A stretch of 64,000 nt of DNA from Raillietiella orientalis (lineage: Eukaryota), in assembly GCA_036172245.1 (NCBI GenBank), contig JAYWIR010000048.1, positions 248,001-312,000 on the forward strand, written 5' to 3'. Numbering within the stretch: position 1 is the first letter of the stretch; every line of letters begins with the position of its first letter. Below the pieces are notes generated by a model. That model did no database searches and was not told where the DNA came from. It saw nothing but the letters and a program-made list of their open reading frames with translations. Positions 39,701 through 52,200 of this stretch are shown here, piece by piece. The position numbers were made by a program, and so were the translations under genes.

Positions 39701-42700
39701 CTCCTTCTTCGTCTTATGGCTCTCCTCCCCTTCAGGTTCAGCGGCGAAGAGACCGACAGCGTGGATGTTCCGGGAGACCTATGCAACGTCACTGGGTGGA
39801 GCTCATGGTCCGAGTGCTCGTCCACCTGTGGGAAAGGGGTCAGGAGCAGGTCAAGGCAGTACGTCAATCGGATGTCCCGGAAGTTCTGCGAGATACCCCT
39901 CCAGGAGAAAGAGATGTGCGAGAACCCCGTTCCCTGCGAGCAGGAAGACACGGAAGAGGTAGGGGAGAACACAGTGCTCTCTCCCGCGAGCGTGCAGCCG
40001 ATCGGTCCGCGTGACGTCTCCCGTCCCAAGGCCTCGGGAGGAGATGAATCCCCTCTTTTCGTCACCGGGAGATCCGCACCGATGTAACGGGAGGGCAGGA
40101 GCTTCCGAGGGACCGCCAACACCCCTCGAAGCCTGCAGTCTTCTTGATCTCGTTCCGCGGTCAGATGGACCAGAGAATGGAAGGAAGGGCAAGGGAAAGC
40201 GAAGCCACGCGCTCGCGCCTTCTCCCGTTCCGACTACGCTCCTCAGAAGAAGCCGCAGTGCCTCGTCCTGGGGTATGCGGGACCGAGCTCCGTACTCCTC
40301 GAGGGGATGCGCATGAGCTTCAGCAGGGCGCTCCCTCACTACCCGAATCGGCATGAGTTCCTGGAAAGGGCCCACATGAGGCAGGGAAGGACAACAGTCG
40401 GAGGCTCTTCGGTGGCAGCGGGGTCTGGTGCGCCCGAAACTAATGAAGGAAGCGCGAGAACAGACCCGTTATCCGTTACCATGGGAACGCGCCCTCGCAA
40501 GCCGCTCGGAATCCACGATCCCTTGTTCCGGAAACGGATGTCGCGGATGGGAATACGCAAGGAAAAGCGCTCTGTCGAGTCCTCCCGACGATGTCCTCAA
40601 CGTGCGTCGCGAGAGGGAAGTTGTCCGGAATTTGCTAGTCCACGTTCTCCCCAGCATCCCAAACAAAAAAAAGGAAAGAAAATCCCTCCTCTCGCTCGGC
40701 AGATCCCAGCCTGTTGCTCTCCGAACGCCGCTCCGCCGAGCTCCCCTAATGGATTCTCTCCAGCTGGAAGAACCACATTGGAGAAGGCAAACAGGGAAGT
40801 ACAGGTGCTGTTGCTGCTGCTTCTGCAGACTCGCGCGCGCCCAAGTTCCGTGCATCTGTCTCCCGCCCACACTGCCGCGTCGGAGCGCAACGATCAGGAA
40901 GCGATCGCGGAACACGTGACATCACCCCGAGCCTCTACCGCACCAGCGGTTGGGCCATGGGACGGAAGCTGCCGACACCCATCCGTAGGAGACGTTTGCC
41001 GCGAGCGTCTGCCGGCCACCAGCAACCTGCAAATCACAAGCGCGAGAGCATCCGGATGCGGTCTCGAGGAGTGACGCGTCTTCTGGTCCTTACCTTACCT
41101 CCCCCTAACCAAGGAAAGCAGCAAGCGTGAGGCAAGCTCTCACCTGAAGTCCTTCCCCGTTCCAGCCCATCCTTTGCACCCAGGAGGGATGCAGACAATG
41201 ATGGTGTGGTTGCGCCATTGCGATCACCTGCTTCGGCTCCACCTGCTAGCAGCGGTTTCGCCGACCCCCAAGCGAACGAGGCTCAGAACGGGGCTCTTAA
41301 GGAACGGCCATCGCTAACCGAGCTCGCCACTTCCGGGAATCGGGACGCGGCTGTCATCTGGAAGATGGGTCCGGGGAGAGGAAGAGCGTGTTCTTCGCTG
41401 CCCAGACGGGGCATGTGTGCTCCATTTCTTCGCAAACCCACTGCCCCGCAAACTTCTCCTCAACGGCGCTTACAGGCGATGCGGGGTCTCTGCGTCCGGG
41501 CTGACACCCGCCGTTTCTTGGGCTCGCGCTGCAAGGCACCCTCGCGAGAGTAGCCCGAGCGGAAACGACGCTTCGATCTTCGCAGCTGCACCTCCGCGCG
41601 AAGGGTTCGGAAAAAAGGCGGACAAAAAGTCGGCGCCGGGGACCCACTCGCAGCCCTTTTAAGGGAACTGCCCTCCCGCTCCTGACTCACTCGCTCTCTC
41701 TTCACCTCTCCTCCCTCCAGGAAGTCAGCGTACCCAAGAATTGTCAGATCACTCCGTGGAGCGAGTGGAGTCCCTGCTCCGCGACCTGCGGGAATGGCTT
41801 CCAAGTCCGCACAAGGATGTACTACGACAAGGAAGCGGCTGCAGATCACGGCTGTAACCTGGAGCTCACGCAGAAGAAGATGTGCGCGGGCGAAAGACCC
41901 ACGTGCCGACTGTCCGAGGAAGAGTCTCTAGGTAGGTTCCCTTGGCACACAAAGAAGCGAGGATGGCGGCGCCAGCGACGATTTTGAGAGGTTTTCCGCT
42001 GTCACGAGTGCGAGGATGGGAGCTGGTGACAGCGGAAAGTGGTCGAAAACAATGAGGACACGCATGCCCTCACCTCTCTTCGGCTCCATTTTGGAGCGAC
42101 TGTCGCACGATGGGTGGCGCGGACGACCCTTCGGCTTTCAAAGACGAGGGAGCTGCTGGCGGGCGAGCATACCCTCAGCTCCTATCGGGCGGGCAACTTC
42201 CCGTGCCGGCAATTCTCACGCCTGTGCCCCTGGAAGCGCCCTCGAGGGCACGTGGAGCAAAACACCAAAGATACAGGCTACCCCGCAGAGAGAGAACGAG
42301 GTGCCTCCCTTTCCCCTTTCCTCCGCATCGTCGTCTCCTCTCGCTACTTCCCTCGAAGTGTTTCCCAGGCGGCTCTTCCCTTAAGACGTGCGGAGTCAGG
42401 GATGCCACAAGTGCCGCCCTCCACCCGCCCATTTTAAGGGAAGTGCACCATCCCCAAACTGGTGGAAGGTGCCTTCTTCCAGAGCCACCGGGGTCTCCTC
42501 CAAATATGAAAGCACCGAGGCGACATGGTGGCCTGAACTATCTCTACGACCTCACCCTCCTCCCTTCTTGTGGTCTCTACCTTCTTGGAGGGAAGACGCG
42601 ACTTCCCTCCAAGAGAGGAAGGGCAGACCGACCGGCCCCGGAGGAGTCTGCGGCTACTCTGATTCGCCTCCTTTGCTGGTCCTCAGGGCCTATCCTCTTC

Positions 42701-45378
42701 TTTCCACGCCACGACCGCGGCCTCTGCCTGCTCGAATCCCAAGGAAAGCAGCTTCCCAACGTGGGATCGGATCGAGGAGTGGAGATGGGGCAAGGGGATA
42801 GGAGAAATGGGATGGGGAAGAACCGGGCTACGCGCGTGTTGGCGAGGCGCCCGGTGCTGCTGCTGCTGCTGCTGCTCTCACCTCAGCCACTTATGCCTCT
42901 TTGCAGCCGTGGGAAGAACACGCCACGCACCGCCCCTGAACCACCGAGCCCTCCCGACGCGAGGAGACCCGAAAATCCCGCTGCTCGAGGCCGAGCTGGT
43001 GAGACAATTCTGCCCCGCTCACCTCCGGTACCCGGGCAGCAGCCACCACCTGCTGGTCCTCAGGGAGGGGCGCGAGGAAAACTTCATGCAGTTCTCCTTT
43101 TCCTCCCCTTCCTCCTCCCCTTCCTCCTCTCCGCTCTTCTCCGCCGCCGAGACTCCAGCCCAGCACGAAGGGGAGCACCTGGAGGATGAAGGTGTGCTTG
43201 GGGGTCACCACTACCCGCTAATCCGCATCGCCACCTCACAAGGCAATCCGCGTCTTTCTTCATCTCCCATCCCCGCTTCTTTCCTCCTCCTCCTCCCTCA
43301 TCCCGGTCAGGGATTGGGGAGGCAGGCGGGGAGGAAAATCCGTTCACCCCTAGACCACGCGCTCCCCCTCCTCCTCGGGAGACGACCCTTCCGAGTTGCT
43401 GGCGTTGCCACCTCGGGGCTTCGTCGGTCCCCTGGAGTGCTCAAGCGTTCGCTCTTTCTCTTCCCGGGGAGAGTCTGGCTGGGAGCGGGGGAGTCTTGGG
43501 GGAGGAGTGCCCGTGCGGCGAGATCCCTCGTTTCGCCGCCCAGCTGGATCTGAGTGTTGGAGCCTCATCTCTTCCTCCTCCATTCCAGAGACCTGCAGAC
43601 TGGAGAAAAACGTCGGCGCTTGCAGGGGATACTTCCGCAGATGGTTCTTCGATGTGGCTAAGGGCCAGTGTCAGCCGTTCATCTACGGGGGTTGCCGAGG
43701 AAACGGCAACAACTTCCATACCTATGAGGAGTGCCGAAAGACCTGTCAACGCCTCGAAGGTAATGCTCAACCCTGGAATTCCTTTTTTACGTGGGGGGAG
43801 GGGAAGGAGTTGCACTTACACTCTGTCGATCCCTCTGGGCACGCATCTTCTTTCGCTCCAATCGCGGGCGGGGAGAGTTGCCGTCCTGGAAAGGGCAGGT
43901 CGAACGCTTCCTTTGCTCTTCACCTCTTGAGGGGAAGCAGCGGCGAAGGGAGGCCGTCCTTCCATCGCCCCTCCGCTCGTTTCTCGTAGGGGGCTGGTCA
44001 GCCCGATCTGCTTCCCGGCGCTCCAGTCCGCAGCCTCGGCCCCACTAGTTTTGTTCGTTCCTCACGGCCCTGAACTCGCGCAGGAAATCCCCAAGGGTTC
44101 TCTGAAGGAAATGAAGGTCGATCCCTTCTTCCTTCTAACATTTCGTAGTGCAGAAACTTTGTGAAAGTTCTCGGAAGGGAGAAGGGGGGAGAAGGGAGAG
44201 AAAGCATGGTTCCCGCCGTTGGTCAGCTGCACCGTCGGTGTTTCGACCGAGCGGCAGTCGCAGTGCCGCTCGACCCGTGGCGCAGCCTCCTCTCCATCTT
44301 TACGGTCATTTGGGGCGGCTGCGACGGATGCTGTCAGGCGCCGCACTCCTGGAGCTACCGCTAGCTAAATTCCTAACACTCTGCCCTTCCTCTCCTTCTC
44401 CTTCCCGGTCCTTTCTGACAGGCAGGAGGGCTCGAGTCACCCACTCGTCCTTCCAATTCCTGCGCAGACGGGACATGGCTTCAGGAAAAAGAAGCGGACG
44501 ATGCTGAGAGAAGGGCTCCTCGCTCACCTTTCCATCCCTTTTTTGTTTCTACAGGAGGGGGTTGAGCATCCTGACAGCCAAGGGAAGAGTGGCTCCGTTC
44601 CCGTGGCTGACCTTCGCTCCACAACCAGCAACCTCTTCCTCCACGGCTTCACCTTCTTATTTGTCTTCTTCTTCTTGCAGATCTAACGACCTTCGCCCTG
44701 CAAAACAATTCGATCCTTTCTGATCAGATGCGGTCTCCGTGGGACACGCCCAGGGATGCCCCCCTGACCCCAGTGGACTGCGTCGTCAGCAGGTGGAGCG
44801 CGTGGTCGTCCTGCAGCGTCACGTGCGGCGAAGGCTACAAAACGAAGACGCGGATTATCAAAGTGAGCAGCGTCTCCTTTCAGGAAGGGGGAACAAGCGA
44901 ACAGTCCCGGGGCACGAGAGCAGGGGAGCGCCAGAAAGGGTCTGGCGATTTCTCTGCCATCGTTGCCTGGAGCAGGAGGAGACGGGAAACTGGGAGGAGG
45001 AAGGGAAGAGGGACTCTCGGGCATGGACTCCTCCTCTCTCCGGAAACAACCAGGCAAGAGGAGGAGTTTTTTTCCTGCTGCTGCAGCGGAGGCAGCCTCC
45101 TTTCCGTTCTTCCCCTTCAGACGGCCGAGGGCCAGCACCTCGAGCGAGTAGTCCTTCGCCTTCGTGTGCCAATCGTTCCCCCCTCCTGCTTGCCTGTCTC
45201 AGGAAGGCGTGCCTTCCCTCCCCCTCCTCCACTCCTCCTCCTTGCGAGGCGAGAACAGGGCCGGTATCACTGCAGAGCTGGTCCCTTTCAGGTCCACCCG
45301 AGGGACGGAGGAGTTCCCTGCCCGGTCAAGATGCAGAGAAGGCAAAGGTGCGAGAACCCCCCTTGCTCCGCCTTCTGA
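24307..45378 (+). CDS. SPON1: F-spondin / fat-spondin family ECM protein: signal peptide, Reeler, Spondin_N, 3x TSR, Kunitz, TSR; 13 exons, 779 aa
   Basis: Exons 24307-24496, 32017-32275, 34695-34842, 34894-35100, 37413-37536, 38969-39099, 39189-39423, 39502-39673, 39736-39958, 41721-41931, 43589-43759, 44681-44862, 45292-45378; total 2340 nt, phases compatible. Motifs WIAPPSGSGCVTFRA, CCACDEAKYQVTFEGLWSKHTHPKDFP, GPSPDWFVG, LYPWDAGTD, WSxWSxCSxTCG repeats, Kunitz FIYGGCRGNGNNF. Confidence 0.95.
24621..24668. repeat. Perfect 23-bp inverted repeat with 2-nt spacer
   Basis: GGAGATACTATCAGGATGCAGAG-AC-CTCTGCATCCTGATAGTATCTCC; the arms are exact reverse complements. Confidence 0.97.
24737..24750. 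promoter_or_regulatory. RFX X-box-like motif at the putative start of the C2CD3-like remnant
   Basis: GTGCCCATGGAAAC (minus strand GTTTCCATGGGCAC), one mismatch from GTHNYYATRRNAAC; contains a minus-strand ATG at 24744. Confidence 0.35.
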
Positions 45379-45542
45379 AGTGGTCGCGCCCGGGAGACCC
45401 GTCCCTTCCCAGAGGTTGTCGTCGCACCAGACCCCTCCCCCGTCTTCGCCTCGCCAAGGTGTCCGCAGTGTTTCATAGCCCAGCTTCCTGCCTCCTCTCC
45501 AACTCCTCCTGGGGAGAAGGGCGCCAGCAGGTCGATCCCGGC

Positions 45543-45548
45543 AATAAA
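45543..45548 (+). terminator. Candidate polyadenylation signal of the F-spondin gene
   Basis: First AATAAA seen after the stop codon, about 165 nt downstream. Confidence 0.45.
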
Positions 45549-46599
45549 AAGAAAAAAAAAGGATGCTGCTGCTGTCCTCAAGCCGAGTCTTTCCTCGCCT
45601 CCCTTCCGGTTCACGGTTGGTCCACTTCCCTCGTCCCACTAGGAGCGCTCCGCTCCTGGTGGGGGGAGGGAAGAGCTCTTGCCTGTGGAGCAGCTCGCGG
45701 AGCACCTGCGTTCTCCGGAGCATTCGCCGTCGCGCCGACCTCGCGCGTCGAGGAAGACGGCCTCGGTTTCGCGCGCGGCTGTGCGCGCGTGCGCCCCGCC
45801 CAAGTAGAGCTGAGAAACGGAGAACTCCCAAGTGCCCAGGAGACGAGCCGCCGACCCCGTGGACACAGCCTCCCACCGGCCTCGCCTCCTCCTCCGGGCC
45901 GGACGGTCTCTCGGAGGAGTCTCGCGCGGCGGTGGCGGAAGAGGGCACGAATCTCTTGCAGCATTCCAAAGTGGCACAACGCGGACCGAGTAGCTTCGCC
46001 CGCTGGCACAGGAGCCCTTAAGCGGTGACATTCAGCCCACGGGAAATGCCGCAAGCATTCTCGCTGCTGCTCCTCTCCCTCCCTTCCTCCCTCCTGAAGG
46101 ACGCCGTTGGCCGAAGAGAAGCTCCTCCTTCTCTGCGATGTCAGAGACCCTCCCGCTTCGTCCCGAGTCGCCTGCAAGCGCCGCCCTGATCCCCTCGCGC
46201 GTGAAAGGTGGAATGGGGGGTGAGAGGATGGGCGAGGGGGAGGGGAACGCTTTTCATGAGATCCCCTCTCAGCATCGCAAAGTCGTCACCAGTCTCGAGC
46301 TGAAGGGTCACCCTCAGAGGATCCTCAGACCCCCACTCCGCTGCGGCGAGCCAGCCGCCGTTCCTCGCATGCTCGAAGCGAGGAGGTAGAATGAGCCCGC
46401 CTACACAGGGTGGGGTGAGTGCGTCCAATGCTTAACCCCCCGGTGTCCCCCCTCGTCGCACTGAGTCGCGGCACGCTCCCCCTCCCAGGAGTCCGCAATC
46501 TCTAGGTGCGCCCAAGAATTATCCGGATCTCAGGGGCGCGGAACCCTCCTCATGGGACAAGGAAGATCCCTCACGTGTTCTCCTTGACGGCGTCTGGAA

Positions 46600-47590
46600 A
46601 GCAGGGTCGACTCTCTCTTGTTCTTGCGATCCGCGGGCTTCTTCCGGAAGTCGAAGAATCCCGTGGTGCGTCCTCGAGTGCTGCGAAAAGAGAAGCGTGC
46701 GGGAACCCAGAGAGTTGGCAACTTGGGAAAGCGAGAGCATCGCCTGAGGGAAGAAGGGGGGGGAATTTCAGTAAGACAGAGCGAGGCCCGTTCTGTTCGG
46801 GGACGGATGCAGGTAGCCGACGGCAATTGGCAGACGTCCACGCTCGTGGCGGTGGTGGTGACCGTGGCGCTTCAATCCCAGACGAAGGGCAAGGTGAATG
46901 GGAGACGGACCAGCTTACGGACGCTGCGACCCCGAGTGTCCCACCCCGAGGATTTCTGCGCTGGAGTGAGCTGCTGGATATTCCGCTGGAAGATCTACAG
47001 TGGCGCCCCCAGTGCCCCTCGCACCCTCCCTTTAAAGTGGCAGCAGCCGCCGTTGATGCTGCCCAACTGCGGTCTAACTGGCAGCGCCCGCAGGCATCAC
47101 TGGACCTGGGTGTCTGTGGATCCGAACTGTGCCAAGTGCGGGGAACGTGAATTCCTCCCGCACCTGCTTGCGCATTGCGTTGCCCTACCACCATCGTGGG
47201 AGTGTTTCGCGACGACCCTCCGTACCGCGAGTGACAACCTTAGGGGCTGACCCTTCTTCCTACGGGACGTCCTTCGGTCAGCAGCCTCGCCAGCAGCTCT
47301 CTCCTACCTAAGTGGGATTGTAGCGGCCTGAAGCGATGCAAGAGGAGGATGCGGCGACAGGGATGCCACATCCACTTTGCCGCCCGCTCCATGAGGATGG
47401 CAACAGGATGGCCCCAACTGAACAATATGCAGCAAGAACTTACCAGCATCCTCTAAAGGATGCCGAGGTACCTCACCCAGCAGAACGTGATCTCATCCTG
47501 TACCCTTCCAAGTTTGCGTATTTATTTTTAATTTTTTTTTGTTCGTCCCTTCCCCTCTGCTGCTTTTCACCCGGGTGTGCCGGGACGCTT
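46600..47590 (+). mobile_element. Decayed 3' fragment of a non-LTR retrotransposon (RNase H end + CCHC zinc knuckle)
   Basis: ETDQLTDAATPSVPPRGFLRWSELL (resembles the RNase H tail GNExADxLA), then in another frame VSVDPNCAKCGEREFLPHLLAHC (CX2CX7HX4C typical of LINE ORF2 C-termini). Frameshifted; boundaries approximate. Confidence 0.7.
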
Positions 47591-47619
47591 ATCACTAAAC
47601 TATCCGGGAACAAATTTTC

Positions 47620-48450
47620 CGGACAAAGGGCACAGAAAAACGAAGGGAGGGCTCCCCGACACTCAGGTCTGTAAATCCGAAAGTCCAGAACCGGAGGGAG
47701 GGGATCACAAATACATATATAAAAAAATGTAAAAAAAAAAGCCACAGGAGGTGGGGACAGGGGTCTTTGGCTTCGGCCGTTCCTTCTCTTCAGAACCAGC
47801 GTTGGATGCCGGAGATCTTCCTGATGTCTTCTGGAAGATGAGGCCACCTGGCAGCTGACGTCATGTTGTCGTCGGCTATCCCGGTGGCCTCTCGAAGAAT
47901 CGCCTGCGACTCCAGCTGTCGGTGGGCCTTGTCGATGGCACGGATGCAACAGACCGTTGTGACAACCGCACTTAACGACAGGAGCCTGGAGTGAAGAGGC
48001 GGCGGTGTCCCCCTGGTGCAGGAGAGCTGAAGCCAGCCTCCGCCGCAGTCTTTGGAGGACACAGCAGTTGAAAAGAAGGTGCGGAAGCGTTTCTGCTGCT
48101 CCGCACCTTTTACAGTTCGGCGAGGCAACTCCCTCGGAAACAACGTTGCTACGCTGGTTGCAATGGAAGCTCCAATGCACCAGCAAGATTACGTCCTGCT
48201 TCCATGGAAGGAGGAACACAGAAGTGTCCACGCACGAGGAAGGGACCACTAGTTCTTCGGGGGGCACACAAAGAAGTTCTCTCCACCGAAGGAGTCCCTT
48301 TGGAATGTTGCGAGGCGTGGCGGCGTCTGCCAGCTCTCTAGTCCTACAGCCGCCCATGGGTCCCACCTCCCCCTCTGTTGCCATGGCAGACCTCACCGGT
48401 CTGAGTACCGGCAAACCCGGCAGGTTCCATTTGAAACGGAGGTGATTGGA
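47620..48450 (-). mobile_element. Second, related LINE 3' fragment in opposite orientation
   Basis: ORF 47473-48414 contains TRELADAATPRNIPKGLLRWRELL and GVASPNCKRCGAAETLPHLLFNC, paralleling the + strand copy. Boundaries approximate. Confidence 0.7.
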
Positions 48451-49386
48451 CCACAGGACCTACCACAAAATATGTAAATGTTCATTTTGATCAAATAAAC
48501 GCCCCAGCTCATCCAGGTCAAAATCCAAGTCGAGTTTCCCAGACGAGAAGCCCCTCGCAAAGAGCGCTGCGCATGTGCGTTCGCTCCCTGTAAGCCGCAC
48601 TCCGTTTTGATCTCCGCTTCTGCCACCCGAGGCAGCCCTGCTTCTGGTTGGTGAGCCAGCAGGGTTTCTCACACTTTCGATTCACATCTACCCCGTGGTT
48701 CGGAATGCTTATACTTCCGCGTGGACCACTGAAGGGCGCCAGCGCTTCAGTGTCCTCTTCGCCATCTTGGATCACAACGCCTCGGGAGCATCATACAAGA
48801 GCACCTTCGTGGAGGCGCTTTCGATCGAGTCCGAAGCGGAAATTCCTCTATTTGCAGGTGGTGGGGCGTCCGTGCCTTCAAGTTCTCCGCCTCTCGTTAC
48901 GAGGTTGGTTTTGCTGCGTTCCTCTTTTTTCTCACATCTTCACAAATGGGCCGACAGAAACTTTAAAAGAGACCCCTTTGAAAGAACACACCCTCAGAAC
49001 GGATCACTGGATCGTCGTCTAAAAGGATTATCAAGCGGTGCCACACGCAGGCGAAGGGTATTCGGGTTTCCAGGAATGTGTGCAGTGATGTCCCCTGGAC
49101 AAAATCCAGGGGAGACGCTCCGAATGGTTGCAGTTCTGAACTTGTCACCCCGATCCCCTTTGGCCCCTTAACTTCCGTCCTACTGAGAGCTCCCGTTGGA
49201 CGATCAAGTTATTTGGCTGGGGGTTTCTTACTGGCCGCCTCATCACACTTTCTTCCATGCTGACTTCATTCATGCAGCCAGGCTAAATCTGCTCCCCATA
49301 CGGGGGGAGTTCCGAGAAGAAGAGGAGCGATCGCTCGTGCTGATATCGTGCTGTCTGGGTCGAGACACTGCCTGCCCCACGTACTA

Positions 49387-50645
49387 TCAGGCCGATGCTA
49401 AAATAATTGCGGTTTTTGCATATCGACTATAAAGACGCATGTATCGGTTAAAAATCACATTTGTCAATGAAAATCAGACCATCGGCCTGCACACCTTTCC
49501 CCCAACGGGAAACGAGTCTGTTTATTTCTACAAGATAGAATTCTGAAGTGCTGAAATCGAAGCGAATCCATCAAAAGCACTTCGAGCTGATGCTGGACCT
49601 TAGCTAGTCATCTCTCGAAGGGGGAAATTATTCAAGTGTTGGAAAAAAAATGAGAATCTTCCGGAGACAAGTCCGTAGAATAAGGTGAGTGAGGTGAGGT
49701 TTCATCACCCAGCTCATCTCATGTTTTTCAAGTCCTTTCTGAGTCGTGAAGAAGGATTGGTCCTCTTCGGTCGCTGACTGACGCTGGCCGTGAACGATGC
49801 AGCTTCCCATGCATTTTTTCGATTTCCTGACGATGTTCTTCTGCTGCTGTTGTTCCGCCATCCAGGCTTTAAGAAGTCGTGGCGAATTATGCCGACCACC
49901 AAACAGTGACCACAGTCTTTTTTTCTTGAAGCTTCGGCTTAGGAAGCTGTTTGGGTGCTCCTTCTACTCGGTCTAGCCGCTGAGACGAACGTTCCCGACG
50001 GTTGTAGAGAAAGAATCCACTTTTCATCGCATGCGACCATTTCTGTTACGCAAAAGAAGCGCAGAGCAGACGTCGTGTGTCCGAATTGCTTGAAGTCCGT
50101 TTCTCTCATGCGGCACCCGTTGATTTACCTTTTCTGTTTTTCCAATCAGGCTCGAATGTCGAAGAACTGCTGAGTGACCAACACGGAGTTCCTTTTCTGC
50201 CACCTCTCGGGTTGATTTATACGTGGGCCCGCTTCAATGATGGTCCTTAAATCATTATTGCCTATAGCTGAAGGACGTCCACGACTCTCCTTACGCTTTC
50301 AGGGCTTCCGTTTCCATCACGGAATTTGTGGAGCCAATGCTGAGTTGCACGGTCTGACTCTTCGCCAAAGACAAATTGGATATTTCCAGCGCTTTCCAAT
50401 GCTTTACCAACCGAACTGAAACTCGTGCAACAAAATCGCGCGAATTTGCTTTCTTTCCACGACCACCTTGAGAGGTCATATCCGGCAATGCCAGAGAATG
50501 AAGACAATAGACGTAAGCCGAAATCAGCAGCGCCAATTTCATCGTTCGCAACGAAGCATCACGTGAATATAACAAAAAGAAAACTGGAAAAATCGGCGCC
50601 AAAATTGAAATGATGAAAACCGCAATTACTTTCGCACCAACCTAT
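49387..50645 (-). mobile_element. Full-length (1259 bp) decayed mariner transposon with Hsmar1/cecropia-like TIRs
   Basis: Right TIR AAAACCGCAATTACTTTCGCACCAACCTAT (50616-50645) followed by TA. Left TA (49385-49386) followed by TCAGGCCGATGCTAAAATAATTGCGGTTTTTGC. Broken transposase on minus strand: RKQIRAILLHEF, GRPSAIGNNDLRTIIEA, RVPHE, VACDEKWI, PKPKLQEKKTVVTVWWS, GPILLHD, PYSTDLSPEDSHFFQHLNNF. Confidence 0.92.
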
Positions 50646-51699
50646 TAAATCATTGTATGAAGCACTCACCCCTACACAGAGCTAGGCATGATGCAATAGC
50701 TGAAAGATCACAGAAAGCCACACATTTTCCATGAGGGAACATGCAGAGTCGTGGTCCATTCCACTGCCATGATCTGCAAGTTTCCTCGAAAGACTCCTGA
50801 AGCCAGGTCACTATTCCCTCGCACCCCTCTATCCCCATCAAGGAATCTGCTATTTCCTGGCGTGTGGACCATCTTGAACCAGGACCGCTAGGAAACAGCT
50901 GGGAAGTGCGCCGAACTCAAAAGGAAATAGACGTCTTCCCTCTCGATGCGAGGCATCCTTTCGACCATGAAATCAGTTCCCAATCTGTTTCATGGGGATT
51001 TTTTTTATCTCTTCTGCTTTCTTCCCGTGTCGGAGTGTCCGCGTATCGTTCAAGTTGGTCTGATGCTGCTCCCATAGGAGTGCTTCCTGCTACCCTCTGA
51101 AACTTTCACCTTCTAGGATAAGTTCACTGGCTCCTCTCGTCAGTGAAAAGTAAGGAAAAGAATTTCCATTTCATGATCGCAACATCACTTACACCTACTT
51201 TCGGGAATACCCCACATATCGCATGTTTTTGATATTCTCCGAGTCCCTAAATTCACGGCCTTGTTGTACCTGAAGGTCCAGATGCTCTGGGGCTTGCACT
51301 GCCTACCGAAAGGAACATCTTAAGGAAACCCATTATTTCTACAGCAACTGCTCAGCTAAAACCCGTTGTAACGTGAGGTCAGCAAAGACTTTCGAAAGGA
51401 CGATCATTCGATACTTCAGTCATTTTATTCAATCTTCCGCATACAATAAATATTCGGGAGGATCTTCCACAATTTGCCACCTACTCATCCGATCAAAAGA
51501 CTTTCTGGCAGCTTTTCATCGTGGGTGGTGACCCAAGACGTACAGGCATCGCAGCTGTGCTGACTGCTGCTGCACACCACCATCCTCTTCTTCATGTTTG
51601 GTTCTGCTCTGCGGATCTTCTTTAGATCCGAGAAACGTCATGAAGGTCCCTCGCATCCATGCGGACCGCATGGAGCGAATGATGGAGCATTCTGCCATG

Positions 51700-52200
51700 A
51701 GGCGCAGCCCCGAGACAGGTGTTAGATCCACTCGTTGGGTTCATCAGTCAGACAAAGTAGTTCCATGAAGCCCTGCAAGAATAACAGCATGCTCCACAAT
51801 GAGCGGCTCTCTCTGAATTCGGTATGACCAGGGTAAGTAACAAAGTATGGCCAGGGTAAAATGCCACGGTGAAGAACTCCTCGCTGATTTTGAACCATTT
51901 GCTTTAGAACGCAAATGTTCGCATTGGCCGAAGGCAGATTTCCGTGCACTGGAGGAGATACAGCTGAACACAAGAACCTCCGTGGAGATTGTGTTCGAGT
52001 CTTAGACCAGAAGTGTCATACAGTGCTCCATCCTTTAAATGTTCAGTAAGGAATCATGTTTTCATAGCTCTCAAGATCCATAACCTCCAAGGATCGATTA
52101 TCGAGTCCAGTCGTCGTGTAGAGAACCACATACCAATCAGTGGATCAAGAAGCAATCTTCTTAATCACATGTGAGTTCCCTGCTTAGAAAGAAGGGACCA
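51700..52200 (-). mobile_element. Possible very old LINE (post-RT region) remnant
   Basis: WILRAMKT*..LRLEH followed by CSAVSPP loosely recalls the WILRTF..PRLEYCSxVWSP stretch of CR1/Jockey-type LINEs; heavily degenerate. Confidence 0.25.

Noticed and set aside
48378..48391. X-box-like GTTGCCATGGCAGA
   Set aside because: Lies within a LINE remnant with no adjacent gene start.
25000..48500. Dozens of long overlapping ORFs (e.g. 42110-43189, 359 aa; 44739-46028, 429 aa; 30580-31413, 277 aa)
   Set aside because: Low-complexity R/P/S/G-rich translations on all six frames in GC-rich intronic DNA, with no recognisable domains apart from the F-spondin exons and LINE fragments.
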